Shown here: positions 56,264 to 64,000 of the stretch, in pieces | How positions within the stretch are numbered: the first letter of the stretch is position 1 | How the letters are laid out: each line of letters begins with the position of its first letter | Source: a virus | IMG/VR virus record: IMGVR_UViG_3300027804_000046 | Location: 64,001 to 128,000 of that record | Length of the DNA stretch: 64,000 nt | Strand: one strand, 5' to 3' | Notes under the pieces: model-generated | Seen by the model: only the letters and a program-made list of their open reading frames with translations | Database searches by the model: none | Told to the model about the DNA's origin: nothing | Program-made: the position numbers and the translations under genes

Positions 56264-56781
56264 CAACTTGGCCATTACAACGCGAATGTGATTCTTTCTA
56301 TGGAAATCCACGCGGTAAGAATATAACAACACCATCTGTGAAGTGGGAATCGGAATATCTTGTATATTTCACTCCACCATTTCGCATCACATATGCTGGC
56401 AAGCCAGTATCTCGCTTCAAGGTAAACAAGAACTGTCTTGTTGGCTTTCAAGAAGCATTCAACAATTTACACAAAGCTGCTGGCGGTAAACAGACTACAC
56501 TAGATCACTGGGGAGTTTCTATCTTTGGCGGTGTGTATAACTATCGTTTGATGAGAGGTGGCACAAGTCTATCAATGCACTCATGGGGATGTGCTATCGA
56601 CTTGGATCCAGCAAACAACGGACTCGGTGACCAGACACCTCGTTTCGCTCAGTTTCCAGAAGTGTTAGATGCATGGAAGAAAACTGGTGCTGTGTGGGGC
56701 GGTGATTGGAACGGAAACAATAATACACTAGACGAGCGCCGTTGCGACGGTATGCACTGGCAGTTTGCGAGACTTGGATGA
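56260..56781 (+). CDS. M15-family peptidase endolysin
   Basis: YNYR..SMHSWGCAIDLD..WGGDW..D.MHWQ. Confidence 0.88.
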   Translation: MTTWPLQRECDSFYGNPRGKNITTPSVKWESEYLVYFTPPFRITYAGKPVSRFKVNKNCLVGFQEAFNNLHKAAGGKQTTLDHWGVSIFGGVYNYRLMRGGTSLSMHSWGCAIDLDPANNGLGDQTPRFAQFPEVLDAWKKTGAVWGGDWNGNNNTLDERRCDGMHWQFARLG

Positions 56782-57065
56782 AAGAAGAATCGTGGATCAA
56801 ACAATACTGGCGACCAGCAATTGCTTGGCAGTATTTTGCTGTCTGTATGTTTGATTTCATTATTTTTCCATTCTTTGATTTCGGACTGAGTTATTATTTG
56901 AAACTTGATAACAACTGGGATCCTATCACTCTAAAAGATGGCGGCTTCTATCATCTAGCAATGGCCGCAATTATCGGTGTGAGTGCATGGACGCGCGGTC
57001 AAGAGAAGATTGAAAAGATGATTATTGAAAACAATGCGACTACAGAAGAGGAAAAAGCGAAATGA
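56778..57065 (+). CDS. Holin-like membrane protein
   Basis: SWIKQYWRPAIAW..FHLA-like segment..AWTRGQEK; follows the endolysin. Confidence 0.7.
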   Translation: MKEESWIKQYWRPAIAWQYFAVCMFDFIIFPFFDFGLSYYLKLDNNWDPITLKDGGFYHLAMAAIIGVSAWTRGQEKIEKMIIENNATTEEEKAK

Positions 57066-57865
57066 CAATTACACCATTCTTTGATGGCATAACATTAGAG
57101 TTGACATCGCAGAGCAACATCAACGCTCATTGGGAATTTATGAACCCTGACCAAACATCTTCTGGCACAGATATATCAAAGCAATACATTCACAGTGATG
57201 CTATGAGAGTTCATAGAGTCAATGCCAGCGATTCTGACAGCACATTCGTTGCAGACATTCGCTCGTTGAATCCTTTGCAGTATTCTGGCGACGGCGACCA
57301 CACATGGGCAGGTTCACCATCATTTACAATCATAAACTATCTTCCAATAACTTTGAAATTGAATATCACAGGTATCGATAATTACGATTGGAACGGCAAT
57401 AGACCAGACCATAATTATCCAGAAGGTATAGAGAACTATACTTTACCGTCAGCATATTCAAATAATTTAGATGTTAACTTGGCATTTCCAACTGTTTTAC
57501 TTTATCCAAATCCACACTCAAGTTCAATTCCTTTTGACCTTACTGTTTCTGGCAGTTCATCTATCTTTACTGATAGAATCTATTATGGACACTTCGATGT
57601 GAACTATGAAAATGATAGTTATACAACTACGTTATGGTCACCAAGTGAAGATGTTAGTGGTAGAACATTTACAGGACATTGGGATACACCAAAGCAGTTA
57701 GGCGACTTTACATATTATGATAATAATGGAAATCAACAAACTGGACATCGTGTAATTACTCGTAGGCAATACATGTTTTACACAGGCGATACTGACACAC
57801 CAATTGCATTTGTTACTACAACGATATTACAGATTAGACCAGATTCTACACCAGGTCCAATTTAA
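57062..57865 (+). CDS. Hypothetical beta-rich protein
   Basis: 267-aa ORF, rich in Thr/Asn/Asp. Confidence 0.65.
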   Translation: MTITPFFDGITLELTSQSNINAHWEFMNPDQTSSGTDISKQYIHSDAMRVHRVNASDSDSTFVADIRSLNPLQYSGDGDHTWAGSPSFTIINYLPITLKLNITGIDNYDWNGNRPDHNYPEGIENYTLPSAYSNNLDVNLAFPTVLLYPNPHSSSIPFDLTVSGSSSIFTDRIYYGHFDVNYENDSYTTTLWSPSEDVSGRTFTGHWDTPKQLGDFTYYDNNGNQQTGHRVITRRQYMFYTGDTDTPIAFVTTTILQIRPDSTPGPI

Positions 57866-57876
57866 AGGAGTAAAAT

Positions 57877-58386
57877 ATGTTTTTAGCATTGTTATCACCT
57901 CTCTTTGGTATTATTGGAAGTCTATTGCCTTCCATTGTGAGAATATTTGAGCGTAAGCAGGAGATAAAGTATGAACTTGAACTCACTAAGGTTAAGTTGG
58001 ATGCAGCCGAGCGCCAGGCCAATCTCGATTTTAATATTGAGATGGTTAGGGCTGACAGTCAGCTTCGACAATCTGCTCTTGATCATGATAAGTCTATTGA
58101 TGGTGGAAAGTTTATTAACGCACTCCGCGCTTCTGTACGCCCTGTTATAACATATACATTCTTTCTTGTGTTCATTGCAGTGAAAGTTGCAGCAGCATAT
58201 GTCATGTTGACCACAGGACAATCTGTGCCAGAAATGTTGAAGGCTGTTTGGGATGCAGAAACTATGGCTCTGTTTTCAACAATCATCGCATTCTGGTTTG
58301 GTAGTCGTGTGATGGAAAAGCAAGGTCAAGTGCCACAGGTTATGGTTACCGCGACAACAGTTTCACCAACAAACAAGAAGAAATAA
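57877..58386 (+). CDS. 3-TM holin-like protein
   Basis: LRASVRPVITY..IIAFWFGSR. Confidence 0.7.
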   Translation: MFLALLSPLFGIIGSLLPSIVRIFERKQEIKYELELTKVKLDAAERQANLDFNIEMVRADSQLRQSALDHDKSIDGGKFINALRASVRPVITYTFFLVFIAVKVAAAYVMLTTGQSVPEMLKAVWDAETMALFSTIIAFWFGSRVMEKQGQVPQVMVTATTVSPTNKKK

Positions 58387-58409
58387 ATATACGAACAAGG
58401 TCAATCGTC

Positions 58410-58886
58410 GTGGATACAGAACAAGAAAACCGAATTGAGATAGAACTACTCAAGAAAGACGTTACAACAATGGCAGCATTGTTGAATAAATTTGACACGA
58501 CGATTGACAAGATGCAGGAGATTGCATCAAGTCTTTCACGTATGGTATCTTTGCAAGAGCAGAGGATTGAAACACAAGAACGAATCACTCATGAAGTGCA
58601 GGGTATACTGGAAATGCGTAGACAGGAACAGCAGAATAACATAAAAGACGTTTACAATAGAATCAATACAGTCAACAAAGAATTGACGGACAAGATTGAA
58701 GATACCGAAAATAAAATCCTTGAAGAACTAAAAAAGATTAGAGAAGACTTGACTAAGAAGGACGAAGGATTTGGAACTCGTCTTGGTCAAATTGAAACAT
58801 GGAAATACGGAATCGCCGCTATCATCACATTCCTTCTTTTCTTGATAGCCAACAACGCAATCAACATTACCAAACTATTCGATTAA
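58410..58886 (+). CDS. Coiled-coil protein with a C-terminal TM segment
   Basis: Heptad pattern followed by IETWKYGIAAIITFLL. Confidence 0.7.
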   Translation: MDTEQENRIEIELLKKDVTTMAALLNKFDTTIDKMQEIASSLSRMVSLQEQRIETQERITHEVQGILEMRRQEQQNNIKDVYNRINTVNKELTDKIEDTENKILEELKKIREDLTKKDEGFGTRLGQIETWKYGIAAIITFLLFLIANNAINITKLFD

Positions 58887-58897
58887 GGACAACTACA

Positions 58898-59107
58898 ATG
58901 AATATCAGAGAGAACTTTTATAGCAAACTACAGCAAGTTCGTGAAGACTTTAGTCATAAGGATGCTAAAATGGCTAGAAATGCTAAAAAAGTTGCTGACG
59001 GAATTATCAGTCGTTTCGGCCAGAAGAAATGGAATAAGAAGGCTAAGATACTTCAAAATAAAGCCGTAACTGGAATGGAAGAACCATCTAAGAAGACTAA
59101 GAAGTAA
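58898..59107 (+). CDS. Small basic hypothetical protein
   Basis: AAGGA SD; IRE and VRE sites. Confidence 0.55.
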   Translation: MNIRENFYSKLQQVREDFSHKDAKMARNAKKVADGIISRFGQKKWNKKAKILQNKAVTGMEEPSKKTKK

Positions 59108-59165
59108 TCGTTGACTTTCTAAACCTACCTGTTATAATGCCATCTAAGTATCATTAGGTGGCATT

Positions 59166-60170
59166 ATGTCTTTATTCATCGACAAGAAGTTCGTTTCCTT
59201 AGTTTCTCCAAAACTGGAACGTTTTAAGCAAAAATCAGAATACTTGTGGAATTGTCGCTGCAAAATCTGTGGCGATTCCAGCAAGAACAAAATCAAGGCT
59301 CGCGGCTATTTCTATCGCCGCAAGTCGGACATATTCTACACTTGCCATAATTGCGGAACAAGTCTGTCTCTTGGCAACTTCATCAAGATTATCGATCCAT
59401 CTTTGTATCGTGAGTATCAATTGGAAAGATACAAGAACGAGTCATCTGGTAATGTTGCGAAGCCTGATTTTTCTATGGCCCGTGAGAAGCCAACATTCTC
59501 AACTAAGATAAATCTGCCGACAATATCTTCCTTGTCTGACAACCATCCTGCTAGAGTATATCTGACAAACAGAAAGATTCCTGCCGATAAACTGAACGAT
59601 ATATACTATGCTGAAAACTTTGCAGACTTTGTGCAAGATATTCATCCTGATTATGATAAGACTGTTTACAAAGAACAGCGGATCATCTTTCCTTTTTATG
59701 ATGTTGACGATGAATTGCTTGGATTTCAAGGTCGTGCAATCGGTGATAGTAAGGTTAAGTATATTACAATCAAGTTAGATGAAGAAAACGCAAAGATATT
59801 TGGAGCAAATAAAGTTGATCCAAATAAGCGCATCTATGTGGTAGAAGGTCCGATTGATAGTATGTTCTTGCAAAATTCAGTTGCAACTATGGACGCTTCG
59901 TTGTATAATGTATCTCTTTTGCTTGGCAATCATGATTATGTTTTCATACATGATAATGAGCCGAGAAATGCTGCTATTGTAAAGCAGATGGCCAAGACAA
60001 TCAGTCAAAATAAAAATATTTTTATTTGGCCTTCACACATCAAAGAAAAAGACATAAACGACTGGATTATGTCAGGTGCGACACCTAGTGAAATCCAGAG
60101 TATTATAGATAGAAATACGTTCTGTGATCTTAGGGCAAAGTTGGAGTTTGAAAGATGGAAGAAAATTTAG
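59166..60170 (+). CDS. 61: DNA primase (T4 gp61-like)
   Basis: Zinc finger C..CGDS...CHNC; GFQGR; VVEGPIDS; DNEPRN; KDIND. Confidence 0.95.
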   Translation: MSLFIDKKFVSLVSPKLERFKQKSEYLWNCRCKICGDSSKNKIKARGYFYRRKSDIFYTCHNCGTSLSLGNFIKIIDPSLYREYQLERYKNESSGNVAKPDFSMAREKPTFSTKINLPTISSLSDNHPARVYLTNRKIPADKLNDIYYAENFADFVQDIHPDYDKTVYKEQRIIFPFYDVDDELLGFQGRAIGDSKVKYITIKLDEENAKIFGANKVDPNKRIYVVEGPIDSMFLQNSVATMDASLYNVSLLLGNHDYVFIHDNEPRNAAIVKQMAKTISQNKNIFIWPSHIKEKDINDWIMSGATPSEIQSIIDRNTFCDLRAKLEFERWKKI

Positions 60171-60421
60171 TGAGAAAGTTTAGAAAGAGGCCAGTAACGA
60201 TTGAGGCGATGCAATTGACAGATGCAAAGTTCGTGTTAGATATAGAAGAATGGATTAACAGTCCAACTATTGGATTCTTAACTAGTCCGCCAACAATGTG
60301 GATCGATACGCTAGAAGGTCGCATGACAGCAAATGCAGGCGACTGGATCATCAAGGGTGTGAACGGTGAGTTCTATCCTTGCAAGAATGAAATCTTTATC
60401 AAGACATATCAGGAAGTATAA
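60170..60421 (+). CDS. Conserved phage protein
   Basis: RKRPVTIEA..TLEG.M.A..GDWIIKGVNGEFYPCK. Confidence 0.75.
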   Translation: MRKFRKRPVTIEAMQLTDAKFVLDIEEWINSPTIGFLTSPPTMWIDTLEGRMTANAGDWIIKGVNGEFYPCKNEIFIKTYQEV

Positions 60422-60422
60422 T

Positions 60423-60665
60423 ATGAATTTCAGTGATGTACTAGGCGTCTATTGGTGGCGTGAAGAAGATGGATCTATTCACTATCGTGCTAGGGGTATC
60501 GGACCAAAGTATACTAGATTGTATGAATGGTTGCCTAAGACTTCTTATCGTTGCACCAGCACAGATTGGCCATGGGACTTCTTTGTGTTTGATGATCCTG
60601 AAGATCATCAGCGATTGATCAATGAGTTTGGATTTGACGTTATAAAGGACAGAGATAATGAATAA
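60423..60665 (+). CDS. Hypothetical protein
   Basis: 80-aa ORF. Confidence 0.55.
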   Translation: MNFSDVLGVYWWREEDGSIHYRARGIGPKYTRLYEWLPKTSYRCTSTDWPWDFFVFDDPEDHQRLINEFGFDVIKDRDNE

Positions 60666-61326
60666 TGTGAAGTTGGTCGGCGTGACGCAGCCGACGATGG
60701 TAAATTCATCTATGGATAATGCAGAAGATTTGATTGCATACTGTGCTAGGGTATCTAATCCTGCTAATCAGGATAATCCAGATAGTGAGAAGTTGCTCAA
60801 GTATCTTGTGAAGAACAAGCACTGGTCGCCGTTTGAGATGGTACATCTTGTTATGGAAATCAATACCACGCGCGACATTGCACGACAGATCCTTCGTCAT
60901 CGCTCGTTCTCGTTTCAAGAGTTCTCACAGCGTTATGCTGAGGTTCAAAACTTTGCACCAAATCGTGAGACACGTAGACAAGATCAAAAGAATCGTCAAA
61001 ACAGTATAGAACTAGACAATGGTGATGAAGATTTTGAGTTGAATCATATGTGGAATGAATGGCAAAATCAAATCAAAGCTGATGCAAATGAAGCTTATGA
61101 TTGGGCAATCAAGAATGGTATCGCAAAAGAACAAGCCCGTGTAGTTCTTCCTGAAGGCCTCACTATGTCACGCATGTATATGTCAGGTTCACTTCGCAGC
61201 TGGATCCATTACTGTGAATTACGCATGGCCAACGGAACGCAGAAAGAGCATCGTATAATCGCAGAACAATGTTGGAATGTTATCGTTGAACAATTCCCCT
61301 CACTTAAGACCGTATTAGAACAATAA
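60658..61326 (+). CDS. thyX: Flavin-dependent thymidylate synthase
   Basis: HWSPFE, RQILRHRSFSFQEFSQRY and TQKEHR. Confidence 0.96.
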   Translation: MNNVKLVGVTQPTMVNSSMDNAEDLIAYCARVSNPANQDNPDSEKLLKYLVKNKHWSPFEMVHLVMEINTTRDIARQILRHRSFSFQEFSQRYAEVQNFAPNRETRRQDQKNRQNSIELDNGDEDFELNHMWNEWQNQIKADANEAYDWAIKNGIAKEQARVVLPEGLTMSRMYMSGSLRSWIHYCELRMANGTQKEHRIIAEQCWNVIVEQFPSLKTVLEQ

Positions 61327-61347
61327 AAACAATTTAGGAGTATTCGT

Positions 61348-63276
61348 ATGTCAGGCAGTAATATGTTACCGTCTCTGTATCAAGAGTTCATTCATAAGTC
61401 TCGTTATGCCCGTTGGCTGTGGGATGAAAATCGTAGAGAGAACTGGGATGAAACAGTTGCTCGGTATTTCAATTTCTTTGATGAGCATGTCAAGGAAGTT
61501 ACAGGTTATACTGTAACCAAAGAAGAACGCAAGGAACTAGAAGAGGCAGTTCTTAATCTTGAAATCATGCCATCTATGCGTTGTCTTATGACTGCTGGTG
61601 AAGCACTCAAGCGTGAGAACGTGGCTGGTTATAACTGCTCTTATGTTGCTGTAGATTCTCCTCGTTCGTTCGATGAAATTCTTTACATTCTCATGAATGG
61701 AACTGGTGTTGGATTTTCTGTAGAAAGCAAGTTTGTAGATCAACTGCCTGTGATTGCAGATGACTTTCATGATACAGATACTACTATTCTTGTGGCCGAC
61801 TCAAAGCTTGGTTGGGCAAAAGCATTAAAGGAACTTATTCATCTTCTTTATGCAGGTCAAGTGCCGCGTTGGGATGTTTCTAAGGTTCGTCCTGCTGGCG
61901 CTCCGTTGAAGACATTTGGTGGTCGCGCATCTGGTCCAGCACCACTTGAAGATTTGTTTAAGTTTACTGTAGCAACATTTAAGAGGGCTGCTGGTCGCCG
62001 TCTATCAACATTGGAGTGCCATGACATTGTATGTAAGATTGCCGAGATCGTGGTTGTTGGTGGTGTTCGTCGTTCCGCTCTTATCTCTCTATCTGACCTT
62101 TCAGACGACCGTATGCGCGTTGCGAAGTCTGGTGACTGGTGGAAAGAAAATGTTCAACGCGCACTCGCAAATAACTCATTCGTCGCAAAGGAAAAGCCAG
62201 ACGTTGGTATCTTCATGCGCGAGTGGCTTTCGCTCTATGAGTCGCGCAGTGGTGAGCGTGGTATCTTCTCCCGTCAGGCATCTAAGAAGCAGGCAGAGAA
62301 GTTTGGAAGACGAGACTCGGATCACGATTTCGGCACCAATCCATGTAGTGAAATCATTCTACGTTCCAGAGAGTTCTGTAATCTCACAGAGGTTGTCGTT
62401 AGAGGAGATGACACCCCAGAAAGTCTCAAGCGTAAAGTCAAACTCGCAACTATACTTGGTACATTCCAGTCAACACTCATCAACTTCAAATACTTGAGCA
62501 AGAAGTGGCAAGAGAACTGCGGTGAAGAGCGTTTGCTTGGTGTGTCATTGACTGGCATTATGGACAATGAGTTTACAAATGGTAAGGTTGCAGGTGTTGC
62601 ACATCTCGGGCCAATGTTGGAGGGACTACGTGATGAAGCTGTCAAGACTAATAAGCTATGGGCTGCGAAGCTTAATATTCCTGTGTCTGCTGCCATTACC
62701 TGCGTTAAGCCTTCTGGTACTGTATCAGCTCTTGTAGACTCAGCAAGCGGCATTCATGCAAGACATGCTCCATATTATATTCGCACTGTAAGAGCAGATA
62801 AGAAAGATCCTCTTGCAAAGATGATGAAAGATATGGGATTTCCATGTGAAGATGATGTAATGAAACCAGATCACACTTATGTTTTTTCATTTCCTATGAA
62901 GTCTCCTGAATATGCTGTATTTCGTAAAGATATGTCTGCTATTAATCAACTTGAAATCTGGCTGACTTATCAGCGCCACTGGTGCGAACACAAACCCTCT
63001 ATCACCGTAAGTGTTCGTGAAGAAGAATGGCCAACAGTCGGTGCTTGGGTATATGAACATTTTGATGAACTCAGTGGTGTTTCATTCTTACCATTCAGTG
63101 ATCATAGTTACAAACAGGCACCTTATCAAGATTGCACCAAAGAAGAGTATGAAGAACTTCTTGCAAAGATGCCTAAGAACATCAATTGGATGGATCTCGC
63201 TAAATACGAGAAAACTGATGCTACAACAGGTTCGCAGGAGCTGGCTTGTTCAAGCGCCACGGGATGCGAAATCTAA
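61348..63276 (+). CDS. nrdJ: Class II (B12-dependent) ribonucleotide reductase
   Basis: PSMR, YNC, GGVRRSA, GTNPCSEI, TCVKPSGTVS and C-terminal C..GCEI. Confidence 0.9.
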   Translation: MSGSNMLPSLYQEFIHKSRYARWLWDENRRENWDETVARYFNFFDEHVKEVTGYTVTKEERKELEEAVLNLEIMPSMRCLMTAGEALKRENVAGYNCSYVAVDSPRSFDEILYILMNGTGVGFSVESKFVDQLPVIADDFHDTDTTILVADSKLGWAKALKELIHLLYAGQVPRWDVSKVRPAGAPLKTFGGRASGPAPLEDLFKFTVATFKRAAGRRLSTLECHDIVCKIAEIVVVGGVRRSALISLSDLSDDRMRVAKSGDWWKENVQRALANNSFVAKEKPDVGIFMREWLSLYESRSGERGIFSRQASKKQAEKFGRRDSDHDFGTNPCSEIILRSREFCNLTEVVVRGDDTPESLKRKVKLATILGTFQSTLINFKYLSKKWQENCGEERLLGVSLTGIMDNEFTNGKVAGVAHLGPMLEGLRDEAVKTNKLWAAKLNIPVSAAITCVKPSGTVSALVDSASGIHARHAPYYIRTVRADKKDPLAKMMKDMGFPCEDDVMKPDHTYVFSFPMKSPEYAVFRKDMSAINQLEIWLTYQRHWCEHKPSITVSVREEEWPTVGAWVYEHFDELSGVSFLPFSDHSYKQAPYQDCTKEEYEELLAKMPKNINWMDLAKYEKTDATTGSQELACSSATGCEI

Positions 63277-63461
63277 TGGGACTATTTGCGCTGCCTCTGT
63301 ATGATGATCCAATCAAAAATGCAGAGGCAGCGATATCCAATCTCAAGCTATATACAACAGGAGAGGGCGGAAGCTACAATCTTGGTTTTGCCCTAGCTTG
63401 TATAGAAAAAGCTATAGAACAAGAGAAAGAACAACATGACAAAAGAAGTAGAGAAGATTAA
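63276..63461 (+). CDS. Hypothetical protein
   Basis: Coupled start (TAATG). Confidence 0.55.
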   Translation: MGLFALPLYDDPIKNAEAAISNLKLYTTGEGGSYNLGFALACIEKAIEQEKEQHDKRSRED

Positions 63462-63600
63462 ATGCAACTTCTGTGAGTCATCATACAAAGTGCTTTACGA
63501 CTATGAAGAAACACAGGGGCAGCCTCGTTTCTGTTCCTTCTGTGGTGAAGAATGCTTTAATGAAGACGAACTTGATTTAGAGGATGATGAAAATGAGTGA
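63436..63600 (+). CDS. Small zinc-ribbon protein (54 aa)
   Basis: CNFC...CSFCG with an acidic tail. Confidence 0.6.
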   Translation: MTKEVEKIKCNFCESSYKVLYDYEETQGQPRFCSFCGEECFNEDELDLEDDENE

Positions 63601-63886
63601 TGATTATGCAAAGGGATTCAAGGACGGTTTTGCTGTTGGTCTAGAAGAAGGTAAGAGACTTGCTCCTAAAACTACCAGATTAGATGACTATGTTTTTGGT
63701 AATAGTTATGGATGCCCGAAATGCGGTAAAAACTTCAACGATGGTAAGATTTGGGGCTATGTGTGTTCCGTCTCAGGATGTCCGAGTAGAGTAACATGCG
63801 GTGCTGTCGGAGCAACATACGATAACATGTCATCATCATATCCTGATTGGGCAGGAAATCCTACTATCGCACAATCTGACAAGTAG
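63593..63886 (+). CDS. Hypothetical protein
   Basis: GAGG SD; CPKC..C...C. Confidence 0.6.
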   Translation: MSDDYAKGFKDGFAVGLEEGKRLAPKTTRLDDYVFGNSYGCPKCGKNFNDGKIWGYVCSVSGCPSRVTCGAVGATYDNMSSSYPDWAGNPTIAQSDK

Positions 63887-63912
63887 CATACATACTCTCA
63901 TAGGAGAGTGTT

Positions 63913-64000
63913 ATGTGGACTTACAAAGGTAAAGAGATTGGTGATGATGAAGTTGTCGGCTATGCAGCATTCGTTTACATCATCACCAATCTAGAAAATA
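63913..64000 (+). CDS. GIY-YIG-like protein, truncated by the window end
   Basis: MWTYKG...FVYIITNLEN; AGGAG SD. Confidence 0.65.
   Translation, partial: MWTYKGKEIGDDEVVGYAAFVYIITNLEN

Noticed and set aside
19543-63276. Introns or inteins in gp43, the helicase, thyX or the RNR
   Set aside because: All are single ORFs of ordinary length with contiguous motifs.
91-63304. Many 60-180 aa minus-strand and alternate-frame ORFs
   Set aside because: They lie within well-supported + strand genes and show no recognisable motifs.
1-64000. Stop-codon reassignment
   Set aside because: Core genes are full length in the standard code, all three stop codons are used, and no CTA, TTA or TCA anticodon tRNA was seen.

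Overview
64-kb segment of a large T4-like (Tevenvirinae-related) myophage genome. Almost all genes are on the + strand. The host is probably an Alphaproteobacterium: tRNA-His has no G-1 and has A73, the phage carries a plcP-agt pair, and hsp20 has a ROSE-like leader. Core genes: gp43 DNA polymerase, uvsX, gp41 helicase, gp61 primase, thyX and a class II RNR. Accessory genes: large glycan-biosynthesis blocks (gmd, fcl-like, colD-like, GT10, GT2, GT60, methyltransferases, PMI, PMM), phosphate-stress genes (pstS, plcP, agt), hsp20, dps, a lysis module and a block of probable head-packaged proteins, including a 1173-aa modular polyprotein. A 10-kb array (about 29.3-39.5 kb) holds 30 tRNA genes, with one more at 15.6 kb, covering all 20 amino acids. 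It is interleaved with homing endonucleases, two tRNA-like RNAs lacking anticodons and many unexplained structured RNAs. Top observation: just upstream of the main array is an unannotated 27-codon leader peptide containing 19 of the 20 amino acids, coupled to mutually exclusive antiterminator/terminator hairpins. This is a candidate ribosome-stalling attenuator that would switch on the phage tRNA set when almost any charged tRNA becomes limiting. All calls come from reading motifs and base-pairing by eye; no searches or folding programs were run.
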